Positions 28,445 through 38,500 are shown, counted from the stretch's first letter. The stretch is DNA of 64,000 nt from Candidatus Woesebacteria bacterium GW2011_GWB1_33_22 (GCA_000989765.1 LBOW01000002.1:70843-134842), one strand, 5' to 3'. Numbers and translations: made by a program. Notes: generated by a model not told the origin, from the letters alone.

Positions 28445-29383
28445 CTAAGAACCAATCTTAAATTCAATAACGTCTCCATCACAAACTATATAGTTTCTTC
28501 CTTCACTTCTTACTTTACCCAATTCTCTATTTTGTTTCCAGCCTCCATTACTAACAAAGTCATTAAAATCACAAACATCAGCTTTAATAAATTTATTACC
28601 AAAGTCAGTATGAATTACTTGGCTTGCCCTGACGGCTGGCCAGCCAGACGGAAGGGTCCAAGCCCTAACTTCTTTTTCTCCTGCTGTTAGAAAGGTTATT
28701 AAACCCAATGTCTTAAATGCTCTTTGAATTAGTTTATCCAAAGCAGAAGAATCGGTTCCCAATTCTTTCAAATATTCTTTTTGTTCTTCTACGGGTAATT
28801 CAACAAGTTCAGCTTCAATTTTTGCACAAACAGCAACAACTTGATCTTTTTCTAATCCAAGCTCTTCTGCATATTTAGATTCTAGATTCTGACTACTAGC
28901 CACCTCTCCCTCGTCAATGTTTAAAACAACCAAGAAAGGCTTATTTTTAAAAGATGGGGCATCTGGATGCTCTAAATCTGCAAGATCTAATTCTAATTTA
29001 AGTATTTCTAGGTCAGACTTGGGGTCTTTTACTCCTTGCTTGATTATGTCTGGATCTGAAAAGGCACGTAAAACAAAACAAATAGCCGTCACCTCTCTAA
29101 TATGATTTAAGAATTTATTCCCCAAACCCTCGCCTTTACTGGCTCCTTCAATTAAACCTGCAATATCAACAAACTCACAAGTTGCAGGAACAATGGGAGC
29201 ATTATTATAAATTGGACTTAATTTATTTAATCTTTCATCTGGAACTGGAACCACTCCTATATTTGGTTCTATCGTAGCAAATGGAAAATTAGCAACATAT
29301 GCTTGTTGCTTTTTTAAAAGAGCATTAAACAGTGTGGACTTGCCCACGTTTGGTAACCCCACTATCCCTACAGATAAACTCAT
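28445..29383 (-). CDS. ychF: ribosome-binding ATPase YchF (Obg-family GTPase)
   Basis: GLPNVGKSTLFNAL G1 motif and a TGS-like C-terminus. Confidence 0.85.
   Translation of the reverse strand: MSLSVGIVGLPNVGKSTLFNALLKKQQAYVANFPFATIEPNIGVVPVPDERLNKLSPIYNNAPIVPATCEFVDIAGLIEGASKGEGLGNKFLNHIREVTAICFVLRAFSDPDIIKQGVKDPKSDLEILKLELDLADLEHPDAPSFKNKPFLVVLNIDEGEVASSQNLESKYAEELGLEKDQVVAVCAKIEAELVELPVEEQKEYLKELGTDSSALDKLIQRAFKTLGLITFLTAGEKEVRAWTLPSGWPAVRASQVIHTDFGNKFIKADVCDFNDFVSNGGWKQNRELGKVRSEGRNYIVCDGDVIEFKIGS
28619..28668. repeat. GC-rich imperfect palindrome inside ychF (CTTGGCTTGCCCTGACGGCTGGCCAGCCAGACGGAAGGGTCCAAGCC)
   Basis: Contains the perfect core GGCTGGCCAGCC and flanking GGCTTG/CAAGCC arms. 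Encodes ...TLPSGWPAVRAS... Confidence 0.65.
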
Positions 29384-29477
29384 TTAGTAACTCCTTTATT
29401 GACTTTGTTTTTTTGCATTGTTATACTTCTATTACAAAAGACGAGGGAGAGACCGGTTTCGGCTCGAGCTCGTTTTT

Positions 29478-30161
29478 TTACATTTTAGGAATTATACAGA
29501 ATGGTTCAATATTTTTATAGAACCGCATTTTCTTTTCTTTTGCTAATTGCGGTAAATGCCACAATTTAGAATCAAGTAATTTAATAATTTTGTCTTCATA
29601 TGTACCAATTTTAAATGTTTGTTTCTTTATAAGCCTTAAATACTTACATTTTGCTGCATAAGCGAAAAGGTCGGCTAACTGTTCTTCTGTGTCGTGATTT
29701 ATTTTGGTTACAAATGAGATTGAGGTTAATAGTTCTTGAATAGTTTTATAATTAATATCAATTTGTTTATTCCCTGGTGATAAAAAATATGAAAAAGTGT
29801 TTAGATAATATCTATCTTTTTCGGCAGTTGCTGATTCAATATTTATTTTACCTTTTGCATTAGCAATACCTAAAAGCCAAGTTACAAAATGTAAAAAAAT
29901 CAAATTACTCGTTTCTTTCTTTTTAGATTTATTCTTGTTGAATATCGAGAAAGAGCCTTCATTCCTAGCAATTTCTCTTGAATGGAAAACAACATCTGTA
30001 TGCCCCCAATATTTAAATTTAATTTGATCTGCCTGAATTTTTAATAAATCTCTCTGACTTTCTTCAACTGTGCAACCAGAAAGCACATACACCTCAGATT
30101 GCTTACTTATCGGATTTGCTTGACCAAGTTCATCAATAAACAATTCATAATATTTCGACAT
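29478..30161 (-). CDS. DUF3800-like protein
   Basis: N-terminal YELFIDELG, as in the DUF3800 (IDESG) family. Confidence 0.45.
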   Translation of the reverse strand: MSKYYELFIDELGQANPISKQSEVYVLSGCTVEESQRDLLKIQADQIKFKYWGHTDVVFHSREIARNEGSFSIFNKNKSKKKETSNLIFLHFVTWLLGIANAKGKINIESATAEKDRYYLNTFSYFLSPGNKQIDINYKTIQELLTSISFVTKINHDTEEQLADLFAYAAKCKYLRLIKKQTFKIGTYEDKIIKLLDSKLWHLPQLAKEKKMRFYKNIEPFCIIPKM

Positions 30162-30209
30162 AATTTATTTTAACAAGATTTAATAAATTACTTTTGAAGA
30201 CAAAATTAT

Positions 30210-30968
30210 TTAGCTTTCGTGAGGGATTATTAGTAATGTCAAAATAATAATTATAGAACCTAAAATTAATGGAAGTATTGATTTAATTCTATGAAGTTTT
30301 TGTTCTTTGATTTTTGGTAAAAAATCACTTGCCCCTAAATATAAAAATACTCCGGCAGAAACAGCCATTAAAGAACCGTTTAAATAATCGTTACTATTAA
30401 AGAAGTAAACAAGAAAAGCTCCAACTATTGTTGTTAATGATGAAAAAATATTAACTAAAAGAATCTTAGAGTTTCTCCATCCTGCTTTTAATAATATTCC
30501 AAAATCACCTATCTCATGAGGAACTTCATGTAAGAATGTTGAAAGGGCTGTGATTAATCCCAAGTTTGGACTAATCATAAAACTTGCCCCTATTGCAACA
30601 CCATCAATAAAATTATGAATTGTATCACCAAATATAACAAGACCAACTGAAGAGTCCTTAACTTCATGATGATCTTCACCATCTCCGTGATGATGAATGC
30701 CAAAAAACAAATGCTCAAATAAATAAACTCCTAAAAATGAAGCTAAAACTATCCAGTAGGTCACCTCACCAATTTCCTGTTCAGATTCTGGAATCAAACC
30801 AACTAATGAAACTGTAACCAAAACTCCAGCAGCAAAAGGAACAGAATATTTTTCTAAAATTGAGGATAATGTCCTATTAAACAAAAAAATTACACCACCA
30901 AAAAGGGCAATTAAACTTCCCAGAAGTGCCAATAAAAATAAATTTATTGTTTCATTCATAAGCTTCAC
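30210..30968 (-). CDS. zupT: ZIP-family zinc/metal transporter (ZupT-like)
   Basis: HNFIDGVAIG and HEVPHEIGDFG motifs; the cytoplasmic loop carries a palindromic His-rich stretch. Confidence 0.8.
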   Translation of the reverse strand: MKLMNETINLFLLALLGSLIALFGGVIFLFNRTLSSILEKYSVPFAAGVLVTVSLVGLIPESEQEIGEVTYWIVLASFLGVYLFEHLFFGIHHHGDGEDHHEVKDSSVGLVIFGDTIHNFIDGVAIGASFMISPNLGLITALSTFLHEVPHEIGDFGILLKAGWRNSKILLVNIFSSLTTIVGAFLVYFFNSNDYLNGSLMAVSAGVFLYLGASDFLPKIKEQKLHRIKSILPLILGSIIIILTLLIIPHES

Positions 30969-30984
30969 TCATGCTTTTTTATGA

Positions 30985-32208
30985 TCATAAGACTAAGGTA
31001 AGTGATACAAGAATCATAATTAATCCAAAACCTGCACCGAGTATTGTTGGTAAATTGGCTCCTGTTACAGGAACTGGCGCTGTTGTTGCGGTCCCAGAAC
31101 CTGTTGCTTTGGTTGTGGAAGTTGGTGTAGCAGTTTTAGTTCCACTTGAAGATGTTCCTGTTGCTGTTACTGTAGGAGTTGCGGTATTAGATGATATTGA
31201 AGTAGATGTTGAAGTCGAGGTAGGCGTTGTAACAATGTCTGCACACGAAATTGTAAAATTATCAAACTTTGCGGTTGTTGCTGGAAGAGGGTTGCCAGTT
31301 ACCGGCATAGCAATGAGGTTGATAATCAAATCATCAGTTAGTGTGGTTGTAAAAACAATTAATTCTGTAAAACTCGACGACGTAGATAGTTTATATGAAG
31401 TTGTAATTTTACCCGACTTTCTTTCAACCTTAAAGCTAACACTGTCTGTCCCATTAATTGTCACAGATTTGTTTTGGTTCCCCGGAACAAAATTGCTAGC
31501 CACGTTATGCACCTCTTGTTTAATATTTCTTCCAACTGTAACTATTTTTGATCCGTCTGAACTTACTAAGCTAAGTGTTCCAGTAACCGCCCCTGTCCCC
31601 GTTTTAGTAAGAGTGGGTAGATCAAAAGTAATCGTAAAATCTCCTGTTATATATTTGTTACTAGTAATTTTAGATCCAGTTTGTTGCCCTGATGTCACAT
31701 CGAGAACTAATTGACCAGAAGACACTTTTGCATCTCCAACTTTGCTCCATTTAGTTGAATCAATTGTGCTATCAAAAGTATCAGAAAAATTGTCTGAACA
31801 GGTCATTGTTCCAAAAGAAGGTGTTGTTGGTGTAGCTAGATTTTGACATTTTGTCAGATCTTTGGTCCAACTACCACCAGCCGTAGGGCAACAAAAATTA
31901 TCATTTCCACAAACTTCAGTTCTTCCTGCCAAAATACACCTAGACTCTTTAGGGGTATTATCTCCCTCAGGTGGATTACAATTGCGTAGTAAATTTGGAT
32001 CTGTCGTAGCACAATCTTGGACTTCTGGACATTGAGCTTGTTGGGCCTTTTCTCGTACGTCCTGTTGTTGTCTAACTAATAAAATACCAGCAATTATTCC
32101 TAAAGATAAAACAACAATACCAATTATTGCACTTAAAATTTTCCAATTAACTTTAGCCTTCCCTTTTGGGCTGGATAAACCTACAACTTTAATGTCCCCT
32201 TCTGCCAT
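30985..32208 (-). CDS. Cys-rich, Thr/Ser-rich cell-surface protein with N- and C-terminal hydrophobic anchors
   Basis: N-terminal TM, Cys-rich domain, long TPTSTSTST linker, C-terminal PVTGANLPTILGAGFGLIMILV. Confidence 0.5.
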   Translation of the reverse strand: MAEGDIKVVGLSSPKGKAKVNWKILSAIIGIVVLSLGIIAGILLVRQQQDVREKAQQAQCPEVQDCATTDPNLLRNCNPPEGDNTPKESRCILAGRTEVCGNDNFCCPTAGGSWTKDLTKCQNLATPTTPSFGTMTCSDNFSDTFDSTIDSTKWSKVGDAKVSSGQLVLDVTSGQQTGSKITSNKYITGDFTITFDLPTLTKTGTGAVTGTLSLVSSDGSKIVTVGRNIKQEVHNVASNFVPGNQNKSVTINGTDSVSFKVERKSGKITTSYKLSTSSSFTELIVFTTTLTDDLIINLIAMPVTGNPLPATTAKFDNFTISCADIVTTPTSTSTSTSISSNTATPTVTATGTSSSGTKTATPTSTTKATGSGTATTAPVPVTGANLPTILGAGFGLIMILVSLTLVL

Positions 32209-32272
32209 AGATTAATAATGTCACATTTTAGGTCTTGAAATCAAGGGCCTAAATCTATTAAATAACATAAGT

Positions 32273-32596
32273 ATGGCAACAAAATATAAAGATTATTTTG
32301 ACAGAATGATACTTACCAACAAATCAAAATTTGATGATTTTAATAAACTGTATAACCAATATATTAAAGACCAAGGCAATCTCCAAGATAAATACAACAC
32401 CGAAGGTAAGAAAATATTAGAGATCATTAGAGAATGGGAAAATAAACTCTGTTCACAAACTGAAAAGGCTGGTTTTGGAAATTATACTACAAATTTGTCT
32501 GAAAAATTTATGCAAGAAGTTAGAAAAACATATCCCTTAATTGATTATATCGGGGTCATAGTTCCCAAATTTAAGATTAACAAAATTAATTTTTAG
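32273..32596 (+). CDS. hypothetical protein (107 aa)
   Basis: ORF only. Confidence 0.3.
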   Translation: MATKYKDYFDRMILTNKSKFDDFNKLYNQYIKDQGNLQDKYNTEGKKILEIIREWENKLCSQTEKAGFGNYTTNLSEKFMQEVRKTYPLIDYIGVIVPKFKINKINF

Positions 32597-33153
32597 TAAA
32601 TAATTTTTATTCTTCCACCTCCAAAGGTTACTTCAAAAGTGTTTAATGATTTTACCTGAACTCGATAAAGATTATTGTTTGCCCAAAAATTTAAACTTCC
32701 CGAATAACTTTGGGTTAGATCTGCTTTATTTGAAATAGATACTTCACTCCCATTTACAGCAATCCCATGAGTTACATCATATAGTCGGGCATAAACCGTT
32801 CCATTACCATGTGCCACTTTTAAAGAAGCCGACCATGTTAAATAAGGTGTCTTGCCATAATCCGCTGTATTTAAATAGAACTCAGTTCCAGGAGCATCGT
32901 ACCAAGAAGATGATGTGGTTGTTATCGGTCCTGTTATTGGAATATAGGTAGTTTGGTTCGTTTTAGTAACTGTCACTGTTGGAACGGGTGTTATAAAAAC
33001 TGTTTTAATAACTTCTTCAACTTTAGTTTCAGCAGGAGCGGAGCTTGGAGTAACATAAACAATTTCTTTTGGTTTTTGATAAAAAAGTAACCAAAAAAAG
33101 CCACCAATTAGTAAAATTGTTAATACAAAATTAATATAAACTATTATTTTCAT
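32593..33153 (-). CDS. hypothetical secreted protein with N-terminal TM
   Basis: Signal-anchor followed by a beta-rich sequence. Confidence 0.4.
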   Translation of the reverse strand: MKIIVYINFVLTILLIGGFFWLLFYQKPKEIVYVTPSSAPAETKVEEVIKTVFITPVPTVTVTKTNQTTYIPITGPITTTSSSWYDAPGTEFYLNTADYGKTPYLTWSASLKVAHGNGTVYARLYDVTHGIAVNGSEVSISNKADLTQSYSGSLNFWANNNLYRVQVKSLNTFEVTFGGGRIKIIY

Positions 33154-34391
33154 TTAAGATTTAATCCTAAAACTTCATCAAAAGAAACTGCTAGATCATA
33201 TTTATCTCTTGATGGTATATTTGATTTTAACACCTCAAACATTACAGCCATGGCCTTGCTTGTATTTAAGTCGTCGTTAATCGCTTGATTAAACTTATCT
33301 CTAAATTCTAATATTTTATTATTCTTTTCTTCAGAAAGTATTGTTCTAGCCGTAGTCTGTAGACTGTAGACTGTTTGTTGTAATCGTTTCAAACCTTTTG
33401 AAGCACCATCTAGTGCTTGCCATGTAAAATTCATTGGCTTTTTATAGTGTGCCCCTAAGTATAAATACCGTAGAGCAAGAGGATCAAAACCTCTCTTCAC
33501 AATATCTGATATCGTGTAAAAATTACCCAATGATTTACTCATTTTAGTCCCATCTACTGTCAAAAATGCAGAATGTATCCAAAATTTACTAAAAGGTTTC
33601 TTACCAGTTGCACCCTCACTTTGAGCAATTTCATTAGGGTGATGAATTGATAAATGATCTTCTCCTCCTGTATGAATATCTATTTGTTCACCTAAATATT
33701 TCATACTCATTGCAGAACACTCAATATGCCACCCGGGAAACCCATCTCCCCAAGGACTTTCCCAATGCATAGTATGGTTCACAAAGCTACCTACTCTTTT
33801 AAACCATAATGCGAAATCCGCATTATTTCTTTTGTTAGGATCAGTTTTTACTTCGTCCCTAACAGCTATACGTTTTTCACTAATTTTTTGACCAAGCATT
33901 TTTCCATAATCTGTAAACTTTGAGACGTTGAAGTAAACAGCCTCTTCTGTGTCGTATGCATATCCATTTTCAAACAATTTTTCAATTAACTTTATTTGTT
34001 CTTTAATGTGATCTGTAGCTTTACAAATTATGGTTGGGCGCAGAAAATTAAGTGCATCCATAGACTCGTAAAAACTTTTAGTAAAATACTCTGCGACTTC
34101 CCAAACTGTTTTACCTTGCTTTTTAGCCCCTTTTTCGAGTTTATCCTCACCGTCATCAGCATCAGATACTAAATGCCCTACATCTGTAACATTTTGAACA
34201 TGATTAACTTTGTAACCATTAAATTCTAAAGTTCTTCTTAAAATGTCATCCATCAAAAATTTTCGGCCGTGTCCAATATGTGCATAATCATAGACAGTTG
34301 GTCCGCAAGTATACAATTTAATTGGCCTGCCCTGAGCAGAGCCGAAGGGTTCTTTCTTTTTGGTTAACGAATTATATAAATATAAATCCAT
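33150..34391 (-). CDS. cysS: cysteinyl-tRNA synthetase
   Basis: HIGH (HIGHGR) and KMSKS (KMSKSLGN) motifs; the Zn-binding Cys in YTCGPTVYD. Confidence 0.9.
   Translation of the reverse strand: MDLYLYNSLTKKKEPFGSAQGRPIKLYTCGPTVYDYAHIGHGRKFLMDDILRRTLEFNGYKVNHVQNVTDVGHLVSDADDGEDKLEKGAKKQGKTVWEVAEYFTKSFYESMDALNFLRPTIICKATDHIKEQIKLIEKLFENGYAYDTEEAVYFNVSKFTDYGKMLGQKISEKRIAVRDEVKTDPNKRNNADFALWFKRVGSFVNHTMHWESPWGDGFPGWHIECSAMSMKYLGEQIDIHTGGEDHLSIHHPNEIAQSEGATGKKPFSKFWIHSAFLTVDGTKMSKSLGNFYTISDIVKRGFDPLALRYLYLGAHYKKPMNFTWQALDGASKGLKRLQQTVYSLQTTARTILSEEKNNKILEFRDKFNQAINDDLNTSKAMAVMFEVLKSNIPSRDKYDLAVSFDEVLGLNLK
34325..34352. repeat. family C-like mini-element (CCCTGAGCAGAGCCGAAGGG) inside cysS
   Basis: Encodes GSAQGRP in-frame near the N-terminus. 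Confidence 0.65.
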
Positions 34392-34430
34392 GTTTTTATT
34401 GTAACATTTTATGAACTAAGTTTACCCACT

Positions 34431-34452
34431 AAAAAAGCTCCCTTTGGGGAGC
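34431..34452 (-). terminator. intrinsic terminator (minus strand) after the 34634..35116 gene
   Basis: GCTCCC-TTT-GGGAGC hairpin followed on the minus strand by TTTTTT. Confidence 0.55.
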
Positions 34453-34633
34453 TAACTAAAACACTAAAGCGCTCCCCTAGATCAAGGAGCTACAACAAGC
34501 AAATTTAATACTTAATTTCATATATTTATTTTACAATCCTCAATATTTAGCTGGAATAGTTATACTTCCTGATCTTGAAACTGTTGCATAAAATATTTCC
34601 ATGTTTATATATTAAATCAAACTTGTACTAAAA

Positions 34634-35116
34634 TCAACCGCTTGGGGGAACTGGTTTTTCGACACGGGTAGTTTGTTTCTGTGCGGATTGTTTTTGACCA
34701 AACATCTGACGGCCTTTTTTAGAAATAGGTTCGATCAGTTGATCAGTTACGGGTTGCGAGTTACGAGTACGAACAGCTTCAATTTGAGCTTTTAAAACAT
34801 CTTTTTGTTCATACGAAAGTTCACTAAATTCTTCTAAGGGAACGTCTTCTCCGTTTTGAATTCTCTCCATTAAATCTTTGAAAAGTTTTTCGCGTCTTAT
34901 ATCTTTGAGTTCTGATTCAAGGGCTTGCAAAGTCCTACCTTCGCTCTCAGTTTTTTGTTTCTTATATTCTTCTTCTTTCTGTAAATCCTGATGCGTATCA
35001 GGATCTGACTTTGTTTGTTCCAAATCTGCCATCTGTTCACCCGTAACCTGTGCCCTTGCAGTTTTTAGAAGTTCTAATGGTTCATCACTAAAACTTTTGG
35101 CAGGTTTTTTATTCAT
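34634..35116 (-). CDS. hypothetical charged/coiled-coil protein
   Basis: ORF with Glu/Lys/Gln-rich composition. Confidence 0.4.
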   Translation of the reverse strand: MNKKPAKSFSDEPLELLKTARAQVTGEQMADLEQTKSDPDTHQDLQKEEEYKKQKTESEGRTLQALESELKDIRREKLFKDLMERIQNGEDVPLEEFSELSYEQKDVLKAQIEAVRTRNSQPVTDQLIEPISKKGRQMFGQKQSAQKQTTRVEKPVPPSG

Positions 35117-35124
35117 AAATTTAT

Positions 35125-35742
35125 TTATAATTCTCTCCGACCCTCAAGAGCCTGAGTTAATGTTACATCATCAGCATATTCTAAGTCAGCCCCAGTTGGA
35201 ATTCCCATCCCTAATCTGCTAATAGTCAATAGTCTACTGTCTAGAGCTAATTCTTTAATTTTTTTGTTTAAATACATAGCCGTTGCTTCGCCTTCCATTG
35301 TTGGATTTGTAGCAATAATTACTTCTGTGATTAGTGACTGGTGACTTGTGATTCGTGAGAGCAAACTTTCAATAAAAATTTCGTCCGGCCCAATGTTATC
35401 GAGTGGGTTAATTGCCCCATGAAGCACATGATAAAGGCCTCTGTATTTACCACTTCTTTCAAAAGCAATTAAGTCAAGTGGTTGTTCTACTACTAAAATT
35501 GTTGTTTTGTCGCGCATCGCGTCTGAACAGATATTACAAGGGTCAGTTTCTCCTACATTTTTACAAGTCGAACAAAGTAAAGTATTTTTTTTCAAATTTG
35601 TTAAATTTAGACTAAAATCATCAAGTTCTCTTTGTGGAACATGAAGTAAATAGTATGTCAGTCTTTGCGCTGACTTTGGTCCAATTCCTGGAAGTTTCTC
35701 AAACGATTCAATAAGCGAAGAAATAGCCTTTGGTATTTTCAT
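35125..35742 (-). CDS. recR: recombination protein RecR
   Basis: HhH motif (LPGIGPKSAQR), C4 zinc finger and Toprim domain. An alternative start lies at 35763. Confidence 0.85.
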   Translation of the reverse strand: MKIPKAISSLIESFEKLPGIGPKSAQRLTYYLLHVPQRELDDFSLNLTNLKKNTLLCSTCKNVGETDPCNICSDAMRDKTTILVVEQPLDLIAFERSGKYRGLYHVLHGAINPLDNIGPDEIFIESLLSRITSHQSLITEVIIATNPTMEGEATAMYLNKKIKELALDSRLLTISRLGMGIPTGADLEYADDVTLTQALEGRREL

Positions 35743-35746
35743 GAAG

Positions 35747-36034
35747 TTACTTTCCAAGTCCACCTAATAAACCTGAAAGTCCACCACCCATTTCCATCAT
35801 TTTTTTAGCTGCTTCTTTTTGAACTTTTTTCATGACCTCATTAATAAGTTCAACTAGATCATTAAAATCTTGCCCATCTTTTTTAATATATCTGATCTTC
35901 TGATCACCAGTTACAGAAACCGACCAACCTTTTTTCTCCAAGGTTTCAATTATTTTTTCAAGCTCTTTCTGCAAAGCATTTGCCTGCTGGCGCATTTTGT
36001 TAAGTTCCCCCAATTGTTTAAATTTATCAAACAT
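35747..36034 (-). CDS. ybaB: nucleoid-associated protein YbaB/EbfC
   Basis: Conserved YbaB core and a Gly-rich C-terminus. Confidence 0.85.
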   Translation of the reverse strand: MFDKFKQLGELNKMRQQANALQKELEKIIETLEKKGWSVSVTGDQKIRYIKKDGQDFNDLVELINEVMKKVQKEAAKKMMEMGGGLSGLLGGLGK

Positions 36035-36057
36035 AAAAATAGTAATTAGATATTAGA

Positions 36058-36084
36058 AACTAGTGTCTAGATTCTAGCTACTGG
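36058..36084. repeat. CTAG-rich palindromic intergenic motif
   Basis: AACTAGTGTCTAGATTCTAGCTACTGG lies between ybaB and the dnaX fragment. Confidence 0.5.
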
Positions 36085-36389
36085 AATATCTCCTCTGCTG
36101 CTGTCATTATATTTTGATTTAAACTTTCCGTCAACTCTGATTTTGCAGGAACATCAACTAACCCTATTTCAATGGTTATCTGTTTGGAAAGAATGCTTAA
36201 AATCGAATCTTCAATCAATTTTTTATTTTTGTTTTCTTCCAACTTGTCTTTATGAAATTTATAATAAACTGCCAATTTTAATTTATCACCATCTAAGTTT
36301 TTAAGTTGAGAGGAGCGAAGTAGGGCCTCAATTGAAGGACTAATTGGTTTAATGTTAGAAAGGATTTTGTTCCAAGTAGTTTCATCCAT
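36078..36389 (-). CDS. DnaX C-terminal domain encoded as a separate ORF
   Basis: Start ATG overlaps the dnaX TAA stop (TAATG). Sequence resembles the tau/gamma C-terminal helical domain. Confidence 0.5.
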   Translation of the reverse strand: MDETTWNKILSNIKPISPSIEALLRSSQLKNLDGDKLKLAVYYKFHKDKLEENKNKKLIEDSILSILSKQITIEIGLVDVPAKSELTESLNQNIMTAAEEIFQ

Positions 36390-37369
36390 TACTCTTCCAG
36401 TTTACACCACTTGGTGAGGGCCACTTCAAGGGGCAGTTCTTCAATTGGAGTAACTTTATTAAATTCTTGTGCCCCAAGTATGTATTCAATTAAGGTTATT
36501 ACCTTACTATCTTCAGTCTGCAAAAGTTTTTGCTGAAGTTTCTCTAGGATATCTTTTGTTATCCTGTCAATTCCATTACCCTCTTTAATCGCATCCTCTA
36601 TTTTAGAAATAACATCTTTACTATTTTTTTCAAATAAACTTTTTATTAATTCATCTACATTGAAACTTCCTACATTTTTCAAAAAACCGCTATCTTTTGC
36701 ATAAAGTTCCAATAATTTAACAGCATCTCTAAACGAACCTTCTGATAATTTAATAATCTGATCTAGTTCTTCGTTCTTAATTAACATAACCGACTTCGTA
36801 ATAAACTTTTCTTTTTTAATTATTCGTTTCAGTGATCTTTTTGTTTCTTCAGTGGTTGCTTTGGTAAATTGAATTAAAGTAGTTCTACTTTTAATAGTAT
36901 CAATCAATTTTTCTGGGTTGGTTGTAGCTAAAATAAAATAAACATGATCTGGAGGTTCCTCTAAAGTTTTGAGAAGTGCATTACTAGCCTCAGTTGTTAA
37001 CATGTGAGCCTCATCAATAATATATATTTTTGCTTTGGCTTTTACTGGTGCAAGCCTAATTGTATCTCTTAAAACTCGTATGTCGTCAATTCCTCGATTA
37101 CTAGCAGCATCCATTTCTATTACATCGATGTTTGACCCCTTTGTAATAGATATACATTGTTCGCATTTGTTACATATTTTTTTTGATTCACAGTTTATTA
37201 CTTTGGCTAAAATTCTAGCAGCTGAAGTTTTACCAGTTCCTTTGGGTCCTGCAAATAAAAATGCATGAGGAATATTACCTGATTTGACAATGCTAGTTAA
37301 AGATTCTCTGACAGACTGCATATCAAGTTCTTCAATAGTCTGTGGTCTATATTTTAAGTAAAATGTCAT
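36389..37369 (-). CDS. dnaX: DNA polymerase III subunit gamma/tau, AAA+ core (326 aa)
   Basis: Walker A GPKGTGKTS, a zinc module (CxxC...C..C) and sensor motifs. Confidence 0.85.
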   Translation of the reverse strand: MTFYLKYRPQTIEELDMQSVRESLTSIVKSGNIPHAFLFAGPKGTGKTSAARILAKVINCESKKICNKCEQCISITKGSNIDVIEMDAASNRGIDDIRVLRDTIRLAPVKAKAKIYIIDEAHMLTTEASNALLKTLEEPPDHVYFILATTNPEKLIDTIKSRTTLIQFTKATTEETKRSLKRIIKKEKFITKSVMLIKNEELDQIIKLSEGSFRDAVKLLELYAKDSGFLKNVGSFNVDELIKSLFEKNSKDVISKIEDAIKEGNGIDRITKDILEKLQQKLLQTEDSKVITLIEYILGAQEFNKVTPIEELPLEVALTKWCKLEE

Positions 37370-37743
37370 TCTAGATGATGAACACCTAATAAATGCAACG
37401 CAGAATGTTCCACTAGCTCTAGTACTTTTTCTTCGATTAATTTATTTTCCATACTTGCTTCTTTAACAACTACAGGAAAACAAACAACAATTTCACCTAA
37501 ATTAATTTTATCACTCGGAAATTTCATAGATTCAGAATTGACAAACGAAAAGACATTGTGTAATTTTGTATCTTTGTAATATTTCTTGGCTAAAATTTGC
37601 ATTTCTTTTTCATTAACAAAAGAAACAATTACTTCTGAATCCGAAACAATTCCATGCTCAATAAAAAACTTTCTCAAAAAACTTTTTACTTTAACTGCAC
37701 TAATTGGATAATTACTTTGTTTTGCTATTTTAACGTCTATCAT
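37366..37743 (-). CDS. ybeY: endoribonuclease YbeY
   Basis: HSALHLLGVHH metal-binding motif. Confidence 0.8.
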   Translation of the reverse strand: MIDVKIAKQSNYPISAVKVKSFLRKFFIEHGIVSDSEVIVSFVNEKEMQILAKKYYKDTKLHNVFSFVNSESMKFPSDKINLGEIVVCFPVVVKEASMENKLIEEKVLELVEHSALHLLGVHHLE

Positions 37744-38192
37744 GACAGTTTTGACCTCACAATTTCGGCTACTTTAGATCCGTCAACTCCAGGAGATTTT
37801 AATTTAACCTCTGCAATTACTCGACCTAAATCCTGTATTGTCTTTGCGTTTAACTGGCTTATTGAATCACTGATTAACTGATTTACTTCTTCATCACTTA
37901 ATTCTGGTGGTAAAAATTCTTGTAAAATATTAAGTTCTTCTTGTTCTAGGGTAATCCTTTCTTCAATACCATCATGTTTACCCTGAGCTTGCCAAAGGGC
38001 TTCTATTGCATCTTTTCTTTTTCTTGCTTCCTTTCTTATAACATTTTGTTCATCTGTTTCTGTTAATTCTTTTTGTAATTTAATTTTTTCATAATTAAAT
38101 TCGCTAGATAACATACGAAGTGTTGAAAGTCTAACACTATCATGTACCTTCATAGCCTCCCCTATTAGTTTTGTAATTTTTTGGCTAATCAT
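37740..38192 (-). CDS. GatB/YqeY domain protein
   Basis: YqeY-family helical protein pattern. Confidence 0.7.
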   Translation of the reverse strand: MISQKITKLIGEAMKVHDSVRLSTLRMLSSEFNYEKIKLQKELTETDEQNVIRKEARKRKDAIEALWQAQGKHDGIEERITLEQEELNILQEFLPPELSDEEVNQLISDSISQLNAKTIQDLGRVIAEVKLKSPGVDGSKVAEIVRSKLS

Positions 38193-38193
38193 G

Positions 38194-38499
38194 TTAATTA
38201 AAATTTGCCATAAAATGAAAATGCAAATGGTTAACTTCCAAAAGTTTGCCCCAATTTACTCTAAACTGAAATTCATCTAATTTTAATTCTTTTTGCAATT
38301 TAAGTGCGATATTTTTTGCTTCAATTAATAAATTGTCAGTAGATGATGTTATGTCTGCAATGTGATTTTTTGAAACAATTAAAAAATGTGTTTTCGCGGA
38401 TGGTTTGATATCAGCAATCACAATAAAATTGTGAGTTTCTTTTTTAATATCAGATGGTATTTCTCTTCTTACAATTTTACAAAAAATACAATCATTCAT
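38194..38499 (-). CDS. HIT-family (histidine triad) protein
   Basis: Motifs CIFCKI and HLHFHFM. Confidence 0.8.
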   Translation of the reverse strand: MNDCIFCKIVRREIPSDIKKETHNFIVIADIKPSAKTHFLIVSKNHIADITSSTDNLLIEAKNIALKLQKELKLDEFQFRVNWGKLLEVNHLHFHFMANFN

Positions 38500-38500
38500 A

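Noticed and set aside
30971-31714. 247-aa + strand ORF overlapping the Thr-rich surface protein gene
   Set aside because: It is an antisense reading of the low-complexity Thr/Val-rich region. Its composition is artefactual and the minus-strand gene is much better supported.
36389-37369. Programmed -1 frameshift in dnaX as in E. coli
   Set aside because: No A AAA AAG-type slippery heptamer with a downstream hairpin is seen inside the gene. The two-ORF TAATG arrangement is the better explanation.
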